This document shows, in pieces, positions 62,983-64,000 of a stretch of 64,000 bases of DNA (positions are counted from its first letter, which is position 1; each line of letters begins with the position of its first letter). The notes under the pieces are model-generated. The model was not told the DNA's origin. It did not search any database and saw nothing but the letters and a program-made list of their open reading frames with translations. This DNA is from Podarcis tiliguerta (lineage: Eukaryota), in NCBI GenBank assembly GCA_965153285.1, contig OZ229116.1; one strand, written 5' to 3'. The position numbers and the translations under genes are program-made.

Positions 62983-63362
62983 CATAGAATCATAGAATTG
63001 TAGAGTTGGAAGGGACCCCGAGGAGCATCTAGTCCAAACCCCTGCAAGGCAGGAATACACAGCTGTCCCATGCAAGGATTGAACCTGCAAGCTTGCCATT
63101 ACAGTGGTACTTCGGGTTACAGACACTTCAGGTTACAGGCGCTTCAGGTTACAGACTCCGCTAACCCAGGAATAGTACCTCAGGTTAAGAACTGTGCTTC
63201 AGGATGGGAACAGAAATTGCGCGGTGGCAGTGGGAGGCCCCATTAGCTAAAGTGGTACCTCAGGTTAAGAACAGTTTCAGGTTAAGAACGGACCTCCGGA
63301 ACGAATTAAATTCTTAACCCGAGGTACCACTGTATCAGCACCATGCTCTTAACAGTTAGCCT
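62983..63362 (-). mobile_element. tRNA-Ile-derived SINE with CR1 tail (Squam2/P.s.1-type), split by a MITE
   Basis: Minus strand reads agagcatggtgctgata|atggcaagcttgcaggttcaatcc, then a CR1 tail ending attctatgattctatg. Confidence 0.7.
63102..63332. mobile_element. Tc1/mariner (Tigger-like) MITE
   Basis: TIRs and TA TSD; opposite orientation to 52980. Confidence 0.93.
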
Positions 63363-63402
63363 ACCTAATTTGCAGTTTACAAAACAACAGGTGAATGAAA
63401 CA

Positions 63403-63404
63403 TC

Positions 63405-63452
<48 letters not shown>

Positions 63453-64000
63453 TTATTTGTACCCCGCCCATCTGGTTGGGCTTCCCAACTCTGGGCGGCT
63501 TCCAACAAAGATTAAAAAAAATAAAAATGTCACACATTAAAAACTTCCCTGGACAGGGCTGCCTTAAGATGTCTTCTAAAAGTCTGGTAGTTGTTTATCT
63601 CTTTGACATCTGATGGGAGGGCATTCCACAGGGTGGGCGCCACTACCAAGAAGGCCCTCTGCCTGGTTCCCTGTAGCTTTGCTTCTCACAGTGAGGGAAC
63701 CACCAGAAGGCCCTCGGCGCTGGACCTCAGTGTCCGAGCAGAACCATGGGGGTGGAGACGCTCCTTCAGGTATACTGGGCCGAGGCCATTTAGGGCTTTA
63801 AAGGTCAACACCAACACTTTGAGTTGTGCTCGGAAATGTACTGGGAGCCAATGTAGGTCTTTCAGGACCAGTGTTATAGGGTCTCGGCGGCTGCCCCCAG
63901 TCACCAGTCTAGCTGCCGCATTCTGGATTAGCTGTAATTTCCGGGTCACCCTCAAAGGTAGCCCCATGTAGAGCACATTGCAGTAGTCCAAGCCAGCATT
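63403..64000 (-). mobile_element. L2 LINE 3' end with (TTA)n tail
   Basis: LDYCNVLYMGLP...KLQLIQNAAARLV...LHWLPV...FKALNGLGP. Confidence 0.93.

Overview
Vertebrate genomic DNA, almost certainly from a squamate and most consistent with a lacertid lizard. This is inferred from the repeat content: Sauria SINEs with (ACCTTT)n tails, RTE/BovB, a MIR-derived Squam3-type SINE, a tRNA-Ile/CR1 SINE, CR1, L2 and reptile L1 fragments, Tc1/mariner, hAT and Harbinger-like MITEs, and solo LTRs. I found no host protein-coding exon I can support, and every recognisable ORF is a retroelement remnant. The window looks like a large intron or intergenic region with several repeat-free, CNE-like blocks and two N gaps. 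Main observations: (1) three divergent solo LTRs each carry a reading frame from their first bases encoding an acidic peptide that ends in a Pro/Ser-basic motif; two share an aligned SPRTxxxxKxxEQR motif; (2) a ~600-bp fold-back element with 94-bp inverted arms and a decayed hammerhead-like core; (3) a 20-nt piece of BovB sequence inserted into a neighbouring Sauria SINE; (4) a 51-bp local duplication at a CNE-like block. Family names come from recognising sequence patterns, not from database searches.
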